A DNA stretch of 64,000 bases, taken from the NCBI GenBank assembly GCA_965203295.1, contig CBDBCZ010000019.1:2176001-2240000 (forward strand), read 5' to 3'. Position numbers and translations under genes: made by a program. The notes beneath the pieces were generated by a model. That model worked only from the letters and a program-made list of their open reading frames with translations, searched no databases and was not told where the DNA came from. Positions 20,162-30,059 of this stretch are shown in pieces (positions within the stretch are counted from its first letter, which is position 1; every line of letters starts with the position of its first letter). This stretch comes from Nitrospirales bacterium. GTDB taxonomy: Bacteria > Nitrospirota > Nitrospiria > Nitrospirales > UBA8639.

Positions 20162-21865
20162 TTACTTGGCACCCACCGGAACAGGTGAGCCCTCAGCCCC
20201 ATGTGTTTTGGCTTCCATGGCTCGCAAGGTCACAAAAATGGCAAAACTAACCACGATGTAAAAGACGACGGTGATCGCCGTGATCAACCACGAAGAGTAG
20301 GCTAATGTTGGAGTGAAAGATTCAGGGGTGAAATCGTACACAAGGTTATAGACATGGAAATACTTTCTGGTCAGTGACCGGACAGCACCCATCAGCCCCA
20401 TCGTCCAAATCGCGCTAAATGCCAAAAAGATGAGAACAAATTGTGAGGCAAAGTCGATCTTTCCCCAAATGATCGTTCCTTGTCTGATGCCCCGATTGTA
20501 GAGGATGTAATTGACGACCGTGAGATACACCAAGGTAAAGGCCGCAGCATTTTTGGCCGGCATCAGCGCTAACTCACTGGCCCATGCGGGTAATTCCTCC
20601 CCTTCCATGGCCCCCGTGGCAATGAACGCATGTGGCGTCATCCAAATCGCATCAGCCACCACAATCATCAAGAAGCCAACCTTGATCATGGTAAACGATG
20701 AAACGGTAAACCTCAGCCCAGGAAGTTTGCTGAGGAGGGGCGGGAGAACAACCAACAGGGCTAAAAAGATAAGCGATTGCCATTCTGGTGGCGGAAAGGT
20801 CCACCAGGCAAAACCCATGACGGCTGGCATGAGAATCACTGTCAGCATGACCAAGCCCGAGATTCGAACTTGCTCTACTCCATGAATTCGCTTCATGCTC
20901 AACCAGATGTAATAGTTACTTCCCAAAAAGATCAAACCCACCATGGCCCCTTGCATCTCAAAGAACATGGACAACTGATCGGCCATCATATAGGGGCAAA
21001 TTGACGCGTCATAATCACAAAGCTCATAAGCAAACAAGTAGCCCATAAATGGGAGAAGCAACAACGCTCCCACTCCAATAAGATTCCCCACAAATCCCAT
21101 CCAGTCGTAATAGGCTCTTTCCTCTTCAGACTTGGCGCCCATATACATATATGCCGCGATCAGACCAGCAATAAACCCTCCAAAGGTGACATTCCCCACA
21201 AGCCGATGAAGGTTCATGGGCATCCAACTGTAATTCGCGACCTTATCCCACAGTCCCGCAGTCTGAATAAACTCAACAAGGGGCATTTCGGCCGCTTTGG
21301 CTGGGCTATTCATGAAAGCAGTCGGACCATCTATGACAAACAACGTAATGGTCCCTATGATATTTAAGAGTACGCCCAATGCAATATGACGTCCCTTTTT
21401 CTCCCCCTTCAGGGCATCCCAGCTATAAAAGTAAGTATAGAGGACGATTGTCTCCGCGATAAACAGGAGTGGATAAATGACGGCAAAGACCAGGAAGAAG
21501 TGTTGAATCAGCCAGGTGGTAAAGTCGGGATAGGTTCCCAAGAGAACAAAAATAAAGAGCCCACCGGTCAATGCGGTCATGCTATATAAAATGACCGTGA
21601 CTTTGGTGACCTCTTTTGCCAATCGATCATATCGTGGATCGTTGTTCTTATACCCTAGCCACTCGGACACAACCGAAAAAATTGGGGCGCCCAGGATAAA
21701 CGCCGCGAAAAGGATATGAAGTTGGGCCACAATCCATACACCGGTACGATTACCGGTGTACGGGATCTCCACAGGTGGAGGGGCTGGAGCCTGGGCATAC
21801 GCCGAAGCAACCTCTGCCACCAGTATTCCAACCACTGCCAGAAGACTCCGCCTTAAAGTAATCAA
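20162..21865 (-). CDS. Second cytochrome bd-like (CydA superfamily) subunit
   Basis: AQLHILFAAFILG, AETIVLYTYFYSW, AFMNSP, NLHR. Paralog of 14364-16235 (shared YDWMGxVGNxIGV). Confidence 0.88.
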   Translation of the reverse strand: MITLRRSLLAVVGILVAEVASAYAQAPAPPPVEIPYTGNRTGVWIVAQLHILFAAFILGAPIFSVVSEWLGYKNNDPRYDRLAKEVTKVTVILYSMTALTGGLFIFVLLGTYPDFTTWLIQHFFLVFAVIYPLLFIAETIVLYTYFYSWDALKGEKKGRHIALGVLLNIIGTITLFVIDGPTAFMNSPAKAAEMPLVEFIQTAGLWDKVANYSWMPMNLHRLVGNVTFGGFIAGLIAAYMYMGAKSEEERAYYDWMGFVGNLIGVGALLLLPFMGYLFAYELCDYDASICPYMMADQLSMFFEMQGAMVGLIFLGSNYYIWLSMKRIHGVEQVRISGLVMLTVILMPAVMGFAWWTFPPPEWQSLIFLALLVVLPPLLSKLPGLRFTVSSFTMIKVGFLMIVVADAIWMTPHAFIATGAMEGEELPAWASELALMPAKNAAAFTLVYLTVVNYILYNRGIRQGTIIWGKIDFASQFVLIFLAFSAIWTMGLMGAVRSLTRKYFHVYNLVYDFTPESFTPTLAYSSWLITAITVVFYIVVSFAIFVTLRAMEAKTHGAEGSPVPVGAK

Positions 21866-21907
21866 GATCCTGGCCCTCCTTCAGCCATAATCAGTTGATC
21901 CAACGAG

Positions 21908-22486
21908 TTATTCAGGAGCTTGTTCCGTTGAGCCAGCCTCAGACCCCGACCCATCAGCGGGTGCCTGGTCCATGGCACCACCCTCAGCAGGAGCCGTGCC
22001 GGCTGTTCCAAGAGTGACCCAAGCCCCCTTGACCGAATCATATTCCATATCCTTGAGCCCAAAGGTCCGCTCGTAGGCAATGACCTTCCACCGCTCATCT
22101 TCAGAGAGCTTGGTCTTCCAGGGTTTCATTTTGGTCCCCTTGACTCCTTCCGATACCCGCCAAAACCACTGGGAATCGGAATAGAGTTTCATCTGTTCAG
22201 TCCTCCGGAAGTCCCGAGCACCAGCTTTTTTCGGTTTTCCATCCTTTCCATGGCAACTTGCACAATTCACATCGATATTATGTGCCCCGATGTAAATTTG
22301 ACGGCCTGCCTCAATAACCTCTGGATCGCTCCAGTACCCAGCCGGCATATGCTTGTCCGCATATTCTGGCGGAGCCGGTGGGGGTGGCTTCGGAGGTCCT
22401 TCTTCCCCACAAGAGATCAAAGCCAAGCTCAATACCGAAATGCTACCAATAAGAATCCTCCTGATCATATTTGCTTCTTTCATCAC
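21908..22486 (-). CDS. Monoheme cytochrome c lipoprotein
   Basis: LISC lipobox, CASCH, TKMKPW. Confidence 0.88.
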   Translation of the reverse strand: MMKEANMIRRILIGSISVLSLALISCGEEGPPKPPPPAPPEYADKHMPAGYWSDPEVIEAGRQIYIGAHNIDVNCASCHGKDGKPKKAGARDFRRTEQMKLYSDSQWFWRVSEGVKGTKMKPWKTKLSEDERWKVIAYERTFGLKDMEYDSVKGAWVTLGTAGTAPAEGGAMDQAPADGSGSEAGSTEQAPE

Positions 22487-22615
22487 TGGCGCCGCTCCTT
22501 TCTTCTCTATAACTTCAATTCTTAATTGCGTTGGTCAAGTCAGTCTCTCTACTAGACTGACAGACTAAGGGGATTCCCAAGGTGTTTGAATTTGCTTCAC
22601 CCTGGGAAATTCCAC

Positions 22616-22659
22616 AAAAAAACGCTTTTGCCCTGTCCCTGTGGTCAGGAACAAAAGCG
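22616..22659 (-). terminator. Intrinsic terminator upstream of the respiratory operon
   Basis: CGCUUUUG...CAAAAGCG followed by U7. Confidence 0.75.
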
Positions 22660-22807
22660 CTAATCGAACCGCCCTATTTCCCAGTCGACCATCGCTAAAA
22701 TTGTTTGCAATTATTGAGGAAAGTTTGAGAACCAAGAAGATAGACCGTCGCCAACTTTAATAGACATAGAAAAAGAGAACCACGTCTTTTTAGGAAGTCT
22801 TTTCCTC

Positions 22808-23410
22808 CTATTCTCTCTTTCCTTTCCTCCTCCCTTTCCCAGATTGAGAACGTTTAAGTTTATTCTTCTTGAATGTTTTCAGCCCCAACAATCCTATTAT
22901 AGCGAGGGAACTAATGCCAAGGCCTACAACAACTGGCGAGGACGAAAATTGACTGACGGACTGACATTCACCTCCAAGATTAACGCTAATGGATCGTTCA
23001 GTTTCGATATCATTCTGGTCAAAGTCAACTTTGGCATTCGTCTCATAGTCTAACGCCTTTATTAATAAAGGATCCCCTTGGTTATCATTGTGTAAATGCA
23101 AACGGATATTATATGAACCTTCGCTGTCCGTGACGCCACTGTCTCCAATTGAGGCCCGCGTGTTCTTGACGATAACTTTAACTCCTTGTATCCCTTCTCC
23201 ATTTTCTTTGCAGACTCGACCCTCAATGGTAAAACGGTGATCGACTTCATGAAGAGCGTCCACCCTGCTCCCAGGCAAAATTCCAACAAAAACAACTGTG
23301 AGAAGAATTGTTTGAATGGATGCGGAAGGAACGGCACAATGCCATCCAGACTCCCCATCTATGGAAAAAGAATCCCTTCTTCTTTGGAGAGTGAAACGGC
23401 ACCACCTCAA
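22808..23410 (-). CDS. Hypothetical exported protein, carboxypeptidase-regulatory/transthyretin-like beta fold, C-terminal TM anchor (start uncertain)
   Basis: HEVDHRFTIEGRVC, TDSEGSYNIRLHLHN, TM followed by a basic tail. Confidence 0.65.
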   Translation of the reverse strand: MRWCRFTLQRRRDSFSIDGESGWHCAVPSASIQTILLTVVFVGILPGSRVDALHEVDHRFTIEGRVCKENGEGIQGVKVIVKNTRASIGDSGVTDSEGSYNIRLHLHNDNQGDPLLIKALDYETNAKVDFDQNDIETERSISVNLGGECQSVSQFSSSPVVVGLGISSLAIIGLLGLKTFKKNKLKRSQSGKGRRKGKRE

Positions 23411-23462
23411 TCCTTACACAACCTTTTTGGTAGGAAGGCACAACAAGAAAAAATGTGCGTGA

Positions 23463-23492
23463 CTTCTAGCATAGAGCCCTTTCCTCTGTCAA
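23463..23492 (-). promoter_or_regulatory. Sigma70-type promoter
   Basis: TTGACA-N18-TAGAAG with extended -10 TG. Confidence 0.45.
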
Positions 23493-23671
23493 TAATTTGA
23501 CGTCTCGGCAAGCGTTTTCTGTCAAGACTCTCGCCTTATTTCTTCTTTCGTTATCAGAAAAGCTGATTGATGGAATGAACCAAAAAAGAAAGGGCCAGAT
23601 ACAACAATTATCCAACTCGATTCGGAGGATCAAGGAATAGAAAATGGAGGTAAGTCATGTCTTTTTTTCTG

Positions 23672-23982
23672 TCACTCCCTTTTTTTCTGAATCCACGCTT
23701 CCCAAGATTTTCCAGTAGCCGTATCTTCTCCTGAAAAAAATACCGCGACAATTTCACGATAGGGATCCTTTGGGGTCTATCCTGATTCGCCACAAACATT
23801 TCGAGATAGGGTTCTGGCACGTGATCTTGCCGACTGTAGACGTACCCCACAAACTCGTTGCCAGACTTTAAAACGAGGGTGACATAACCACGGTAGGCGA
23901 ATACCGAATCAACCGCACGCGTCAATTCCTCTTTGGACTTTGGGTAAAACTCCGACCCTTCTATATTAGAGTCGGTGGACAT
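23672..23982 (-). pseudogene. Small hypothetical protein with a probable 1-bp deletion at ~23762
   Basis: Restoring one C in ATC CC TAT gives a natural-looking C-terminus, YREIVAVFFSGEDTATGKSWEAWIQKKRE*. Confidence 0.55.
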
Positions 23983-24032
23983 AAGAAAAGAAGTTCGTCG
24001 TTGAGAGGCATACTGGAAAACGTTTGGGTGGC

Positions 24033-25049
24033 TTAGGTGGCATTCGGGAAAAGGGTAGCCTTGACCGTATCAGTAAAACCTGTCCAAGAGCTGAAGGTCT
24101 CTTCCACGGCTGACGCCTCATATCCACAATGGACCATACAGTCGGCGCATTTGGGATTACGCCCTGTCCCGTAATTGTCCCAATCCGTCTGTTCGAGCAA
24201 TTCCTTGAAGGAAGAGGCATAGCCATCTTGAAGAAGATAACAAGGCTTTTGCCAACCAAAGATATTATAGGTCGGGTTTCCCCACGGGGTACATTCGTAT
24301 TCACGTTTCCCCATGAGAAATTCGAGAAACAAGGGCGATTGATTGAACTGCCATTTGCGTTTTCTCTTGTTTAACATTCGCGCAAAGAGTTCCTGTGTCC
24401 GATGCCGTTTCAGAAAACTGTTCTGATCAGGAGCTTTTTCATAACTATATCCGGGGGAAATCATCATGCCCTCTACACCCAATTCCATCATTTCATCAAA
24501 AAATTTTCTCATCCGTTCGGGATTGGTATCATCGAATAAGGTGGTATTCGTCGTGACTCGAAATCCTCGATCAAGAGCCGTTTTGATCGCCTTAATAGCC
24601 ACGTCATATACTCCATCTCGACAGACAGCAAAATCATGTTCATCACGTAGACCATCCATATGGATGCTGAATGTCAAAAATTTCGAAGGCGAGTAGTCCT
24701 CAAGCTTTCGTTCCAACAGAATGGCATTCGTACACAAATACACATATTTCTTCCTTTGAACCAGCCCTCTGACTATTTCTGGCATTTCAGGATGAATCAA
24801 CGGTTCCCCACCTGGAATGCTGACGATGGGGACACTACATTCTTCAGCCGCAGCCCAGCATTGTTCAGGAGTGAGCCGTCGATCCAAAACATGATCAGGG
24901 TATTGAATTTTTCCACACCCTGCACAAGCCAAATTGCAACGGAAAATTGGCTCTAACATCAACACCAAGGGGTATTGTTTTACTCTCCTTAGCTTTTGGG
25001 CAATGACATAACTCGCCACCCGATACATTTGAGATATGGGGACAGCCAT
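24033..25049 (-). CDS. hpnH: Adenosyl-hopene transferase, radical SAM
   Basis: YPLVLMLEPIFRCNLACAGCGKIQYP, CTPWGNP, CADCMVHCGYE. Confidence 0.95.
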   Translation of the reverse strand: MAVPISQMYRVASYVIAQKLRRVKQYPLVLMLEPIFRCNLACAGCGKIQYPDHVLDRRLTPEQCWAAAEECSVPIVSIPGGEPLIHPEMPEIVRGLVQRKKYVYLCTNAILLERKLEDYSPSKFLTFSIHMDGLRDEHDFAVCRDGVYDVAIKAIKTALDRGFRVTTNTTLFDDTNPERMRKFFDEMMELGVEGMMISPGYSYEKAPDQNSFLKRHRTQELFARMLNKRKRKWQFNQSPLFLEFLMGKREYECTPWGNPTYNIFGWQKPCYLLQDGYASSFKELLEQTDWDNYGTGRNPKCADCMVHCGYEASAVEETFSSWTGFTDTVKATLFPNAT

Positions 25050-25223
25050 CTTTATCTCCTTAGAACTTTTTCCTGTTTGTCTAATTTTCTCTCACGAAAA
25101 TACAGAGTAGAAGCTTATCACTCGCGAGAAAGCTGGTCAATTCAATGGATTAGAAATCTTATCTATGTCAGGTTGCATGACAAATTTTGAGTGAAAAATT
25201 TGAGTTTTTTAATAAAGAGAGAA

Positions 25224-25299
25224 TGGAGGCGCCGAGCGGGTTCGAACCGCTGAATCGCAGTTTTGCAGACTGCTCCCTTAGCCACTTGGGTACGGCGCC
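25224..25299 (-). tRNA. tRNA-Cys(GCA)
   Basis: GGCGCCGTACCCAAGTGGCTAAGGGAGCAGTCTGCAAAACTGCG...GGTTCGAACCC...CCA. Confidence 0.96.
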
Positions 25300-25456
25300 A
25301 CGGAAAACATTATAACGACCGTTCCTTATCGATGACAAGCTAAAGGATATATCAATGCGAAGGGAAGCTTTGTCGTGAATAGTAATGAAGTTTGATGACG
25401 AAGAGTGAATCAAGAACCTTCGGGGGTCAAAAGGGAGAGCGAAAAAGGGCTTTGGG

Positions 25457-26632
25457 TCAACGAGGCAAAACGGGAACTTCCCGTTTTAAAGAAAGAAGAG
25501 GGAGAACAGGTTCCGTTTGGAATATTTGTTGAGATTGGGCACCTTGGGATTCGGATGTTGGTTCACTCTTCTGCTCCATGACCATGGATTCAACTTCCTC
25601 AATGAGGGTTTCCATTAATTCTTCAGACTTGACCTTGCGTACCAGTTTTCCCTTCTTAAAAAGAATCCCCACACCCTGGCCTCCTGCGATACCAATATCC
25701 GCTTCTTTCCCTTCGCCAATACCATTCACCACACATCCCAAAACAGATACATTCAGCGGTGTATCGATATGACTCAGGCGCTTTTCCAATTCATTGGCCA
25801 TTCGAACCACGTCAATTTCGACACGACCACACGTTGGACAGGCAATAACATTCACACCCCGATGCCGGAGTTCAAGGGATTTCAGGATTTCGAACCCGAT
25901 TTTCACCTCCTCCACCGGATCAGCTGCCAAAGAAACCCGCATCGTATCGCCAATCCCATTTGAAAGCAGCCAACCAAGACCAATGGCTGATTTCACGGCC
26001 CCTGTTGCCGCGGTGCCGGCTTCCGTAATCCCAATATGGAGGGGATAGTTGGACTGCTGCGCAAAAAGCCAATAGGCATCTATGGCCATATGGACATCCG
26101 AAGCCTTGAGGGAAACTTTCATATTCGTAAAACCGATATCCTCTAAGGCATGAACAGCGTTTAAAGCTGACTCAGCCAATGCTTTCGCCGTCGGATAGCC
26201 ATACTTTTCAATAAGAGGGCGCTCCAAAGAACCTGCATTCACCCCGACACGGAGGGGAATTCCATGATCATCAACAGCTTTCACAACTTCTTGAAGTTTC
26301 CACCAAGGCCCGATATTCCCTGGGTTAATACGGACACAATCGACCACCTCCGCGGCCTTTAAGGCCAAGCGATGGTCAAAATGCACATCCGCAATGAGAG
26401 GGAGGTTGATTTGGGATTTGATCGAAGGGAGCGCGGCAGCGGCCTCTTGATCAGGCACGGCTACACGGACTATCTCACACCCAGCTTTCTCCAATTCATG
26501 AATTTGGTCAATAGTGGCTACGATATCACGAGGATGGGGAATCGTCATCGATTGAACCGATATCGGGGCACCCCCGCCAACCTTAACCGGGCCCACTTGA
26601 ATTTGCCGTGTCTGTCGACGCGTAATATGCAT
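25457..26632 (-). CDS. ispG: (E)-4-hydroxy-3-methylbut-2-enyl-diphosphate synthase
   Basis: VQSMT, RINPGN, CPTCGR, GCVVNG. Confidence 0.96.
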   Translation of the reverse strand: MHITRRQTRQIQVGPVKVGGGAPISVQSMTIPHPRDIVATIDQIHELEKAGCEIVRVAVPDQEAAAALPSIKSQINLPLIADVHFDHRLALKAAEVVDCVRINPGNIGPWWKLQEVVKAVDDHGIPLRVGVNAGSLERPLIEKYGYPTAKALAESALNAVHALEDIGFTNMKVSLKASDVHMAIDAYWLFAQQSNYPLHIGITEAGTAATGAVKSAIGLGWLLSNGIGDTMRVSLAADPVEEVKIGFEILKSLELRHRGVNVIACPTCGRVEIDVVRMANELEKRLSHIDTPLNVSVLGCVVNGIGEGKEADIGIAGGQGVGILFKKGKLVRKVKSEELMETLIEEVESMVMEQKSEPTSESQGAQSQQIFQTEPVLPLLSLKREVPVLPR

Positions 26633-26642
26633 AAGATGAATG

Positions 26643-28538
26643 TTAACGATGCACAGTTTGAAAATGCACTTCAGCTAACAATTGTTTGGCTTGGGTGTAA
26701 ATCCCATTCGCTGTCAATCCGTATTTTTCACGCAGGAGATCTTGAGGCCCCTGCTCGATATACCAATCAGGCAATCCTAGGCACTTCGTTTGGACATGGG
26801 TGATCCTTTCGTCCGACAAGTATTCAATCACGGCCGACCCAAACCCACCCATACGAGATGATTCTTCAATCATCAACATGCACTTGACCCCTTTGGCAAT
26901 TTCTCCGATCAATTGACCATCCAGTGGTTTGACGAACCGAGCATTAATCACTGCAGCAGACACGCCTTCCTGCTCCAGCATAGAGGCCACTTCAACAGCT
27001 TGAGAAACTGTCACACCGATCGCGAGCAAGGCAATATCACTTCCGTCTTGAATTAACTCAGCTTTCCCTATCGGAAGCTCTTGAGGTTCGAGATCGAGAT
27101 CAACACCCAAACCTGCGCCTCGGGGATATCGAACGGCCGCAGGACCATTAAAAGCCAGACAGGTTTTCATCATATGTTGAAGCTCATTTTCATCCTTGGG
27201 GGCCATCACAACCATATTCGGTATGTGTCGGAGATAGGCGAAATCAAAGGCTCCATGGTGAGTTGTTCCATCCTCCGCAACCAACCCTCCGCGATCAATG
27301 CAAAAGGTCACTGGCAGATCTTGGGTAGCCACATCGTGAACAATCTGATCATAGGCACGCTGCAGGAATGTCGAATACATCGGGACTACCGGACGCATCC
27401 CTTGTGCCGCCAAACCAGCCGCAAAGGTGACAGCATGTTGCTCAGCGATCCCCACATCATATAATCGACTGGGAAAAGCTTTCTGGAAGACTGTCAGTCC
27501 CGTTCCTTCACACATCGCCGCTGTAATCGCCACAACCCGAGCATCATCGGTTGCCAATCTGACTAATGTATTGATCGCCACTGTACTGTAGGTCGGTCGA
27601 GAAGGCTTTTTAGCCGGCGCCCCTGTTTCACGATCAAAGGGGGAACAGGCATGAAACCAAACCGGGTTCTCCATGGCTGGCTTATATCCTAGCCCTTTTT
27701 GGGTGATCACATGCAATAAAGTCTGACCTTTTAATTTGAGTACATTTTCTAAGGTAGGCAATAGATGTTCGAAATTATGTCCATCAATGGGACCCACGTA
27801 TCGAAATCCTAATTCTTCAAAAAGAAGGCCGGGGAAAATCAATCCCTTAGCTAGCTCTTCCGCTCGGCTGACCATCTTTTTTACTGGTTCACCAATTTGA
27901 GGAATGGCCTTCAGAAAATGGGAAGTCTCTTCCTTTAAACGGGTATAAAACTCACCAGTAAAGGTTCGGTTCAAATACGCTGAAATGGCCCCAACATTTT
28001 TCGAAATCGACATTTGGTTATCGTTCAGAACGACAAGCAAATCTCTTTGAGAGTCACCAGCCTGTTGAAGGCCCTCCAAAGTCATGCCAGAAGTCATGGC
28101 ACCATCCCCTACAACACAGACGACTTTGTGGGACTGGCCCTTCTGTTCTCGTGCTTCCACAAACCCAACTGCCGCAGACACACCGGTTCCCGCATGGCCA
28201 GCGTTAAACGTATCGTAGATACTTTCTTCTCGCTTACAAAACCCGCTTAATCCTCCAAACTGGCGAATCGTGTGAAATTGCTCTCGACGTCCCGTCAGAA
28301 GTTTATGAGTGTAGGCTTGGTTGCTGGTATCCCAGACAATAAGGTCTTCAGGGGTGTCGAGCAAATAATGCAATGCGACAGTCAATTCAACGACACCAAG
28401 GTTAGAGGCCAAATGCCCACCAACATCCGAAATCACGGAAATAATTCGATCGCGAATTTCCTGGCACAATTCAGGAAACTGTTCGTGATCGAGCTTCTTT
28501 AAATCAGAAGGACTTTCAATGGCATTGAGCAAGGACAT
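26643..28538 (-). CDS. dxs: 1-deoxy-D-xylulose-5-phosphate synthase
   Basis: GGHLASNLGVVELT, GDGAMT...NDN, DVGIAEQHAV. Confidence 0.96.
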   Translation of the reverse strand: MSLLNAIESPSDLKKLDHEQFPELCQEIRDRIISVISDVGGHLASNLGVVELTVALHYLLDTPEDLIVWDTSNQAYTHKLLTGRREQFHTIRQFGGLSGFCKREESIYDTFNAGHAGTGVSAAVGFVEAREQKGQSHKVVCVVGDGAMTSGMTLEGLQQAGDSQRDLLVVLNDNQMSISKNVGAISAYLNRTFTGEFYTRLKEETSHFLKAIPQIGEPVKKMVSRAEELAKGLIFPGLLFEELGFRYVGPIDGHNFEHLLPTLENVLKLKGQTLLHVITQKGLGYKPAMENPVWFHACSPFDRETGAPAKKPSRPTYSTVAINTLVRLATDDARVVAITAAMCEGTGLTVFQKAFPSRLYDVGIAEQHAVTFAAGLAAQGMRPVVPMYSTFLQRAYDQIVHDVATQDLPVTFCIDRGGLVAEDGTTHHGAFDFAYLRHIPNMVVMAPKDENELQHMMKTCLAFNGPAAVRYPRGAGLGVDLDLEPQELPIGKAELIQDGSDIALLAIGVTVSQAVEVASMLEQEGVSAAVINARFVKPLDGQLIGEIAKGVKCMLMIEESSRMGGFGSAVIEYLSDERITHVQTKCLGLPDWYIEQGPQDLLREKYGLTANGIYTQAKQLLAEVHFQTVHR

Positions 28539-28810
28539 TCCTTCATCCTTTCATATTTCGATTTTGAAATGGGGGGCATAGACAAAGGGATTTCGATCAT
28601 TTTCTCTTATTTTTCTGAATCTTGCGAGATTCCCACACTTCTAGAACACTGTCAAGGCAGACGAGACTCAAGCGCGCTTTTGGCCAAAATTTTGAGACTG
28701 TTCACTCATATCCAGCAACTTCATCGACAATCTTCAATCTATCCCAGATATTTACTGATGTGCAGGCCAATTATCCTGTGGCATCATCGTGGATTAAACT
28801 ATGGAGACAA

Positions 28811-29476
28811 TTAAGAGGATGTTTGGTCCCGTAGTCTTTGGAAAAGCCCCTCATACGAAGAAGTTTTGATGATTCGATTGAATTGTCCTCGAAAGTTTCT
28901 TGCCAAACTGACTCCATCAATCACGACATCATAGACTCGCCAGTCACCGTTTTTTTTAAAAAGCCTGTAATCCAGTGGAAGTACAAGCTTTTTTGACACG
29001 ACTTTCGTTTGAACTTCGGCAAAGTCACCTTTGCGACGTTCCTTGAGATATTGGACCTGCTCACCGGCATATCCATCCACATTCCCAGCGTAGGTCTTTG
29101 AGAGGAAGCGCTGAAAAAGCTCGACAAATTCCTTGCGTTGGGACTCATTGAGTTTTTTCCAATGTTTTCCTAAGGTCCGTTTTGCCATTTCATTATAGTC
29201 AAAACGTTTTCCAATCACGGGTTCCAACATAGCCAGCCGTTCTTTTTTCCGTTCTGGCTTTCTTGAATTCTCATCACTCAGAATTTCTAAGACTTCATCA
29301 ATAGTTGATTTAACGGCTTCTGTTGCCGACCCAGGTTCAGCTGCCATTCCATCTATAGTCCTCCAAGGCCCACCTATCAAGACGATCACACAAAACAAAA
29401 GGCCAAATACTACTCTCAGTTTGATGAAGAGCATTTGATCGACCTTCCTTGAGATTCCTGTTTCCTTAACGTTCAT
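28811..29476 (-). CDS. MlaC/Ttg2D-family (HpnM-like) periplasmic lipid-binding protein
   Basis: FDYNEMAKRTLG, DYRL...WRVYDVVIDGVSLARNFRGQF; located in the hopanoid cluster. Confidence 0.88.
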   Translation of the reverse strand: MNVKETGISRKVDQMLFIKLRVVFGLLFCVIVLIGGPWRTIDGMAAEPGSATEAVKSTIDEVLEILSDENSRKPERKKERLAMLEPVIGKRFDYNEMAKRTLGKHWKKLNESQRKEFVELFQRFLSKTYAGNVDGYAGEQVQYLKERRKGDFAEVQTKVVSKKLVLPLDYRLFKKNGDWRVYDVVIDGVSLARNFRGQFNRIIKTSSYEGLFQRLRDQTSS

Positions 29477-29600
29477 GCCCCTGCCTCCAGATTATTTATT
29501 CAGCGCTTCCATGAATAAATTGACGAACCAGTTCTTCCAGGATCATACCAAATATACTATCTATAGAAATGCATCTCCATGTTTCAGTAGATCCTCTTTG

Positions 29601-29865
29601 GGGAATGCTGAAATAAGGCGTCAGCGGCGTTCTCGGCCCTTTGTCGTGCTCACGTACTGCCTCATACACTCCGCTCGACAAACCGCCTGCGACTTTGCAC
29701 CCTAAGTGATTATATCACTCGGCGTAGGGGTTGCTCGAATGGGGTGTGCCCCCTCGAGGGGTCACAGCCTTGTTTGTTTGGGCCGTCCTAGGGGCAGCAC
29801 CCCTGGGAAATCAGGATGTGAGGCTCGGCGAACGCTCCTGCTGAGCACGCCTTTTTGAACATCCC
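29601..29865. mobile_element. Non-autonomous MITE-like element with imperfect terminal inverted repeats and nested hairpins
   Basis: Left GGAATGCTGAAATAAGGCGT versus right revcomp GGGATGTTCAAAAAGGCGT. Internal IRs TTTGTCG/CGACAAA and AGGGGTTGC/GCACCCCT. No transposase. Confidence 0.55.
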
Positions 29866-30059
29866 CTCTCGCTTTTGGAAGTTCATGATATAAGTCACAT
29901 GTGAACGCCACTATGAGAATTTTTCAATTATTCAACAGTCCCCTTTGAACACCTCTTTCTTTCCATTCGGCGCTGGTTTCTCGAACTCCAACGTGAAGAC
30001 AAATTCACAGAGCGTGGATTACAGCCAATGAAATGCAGTTGCTTCAAAATGTGGGGTGA

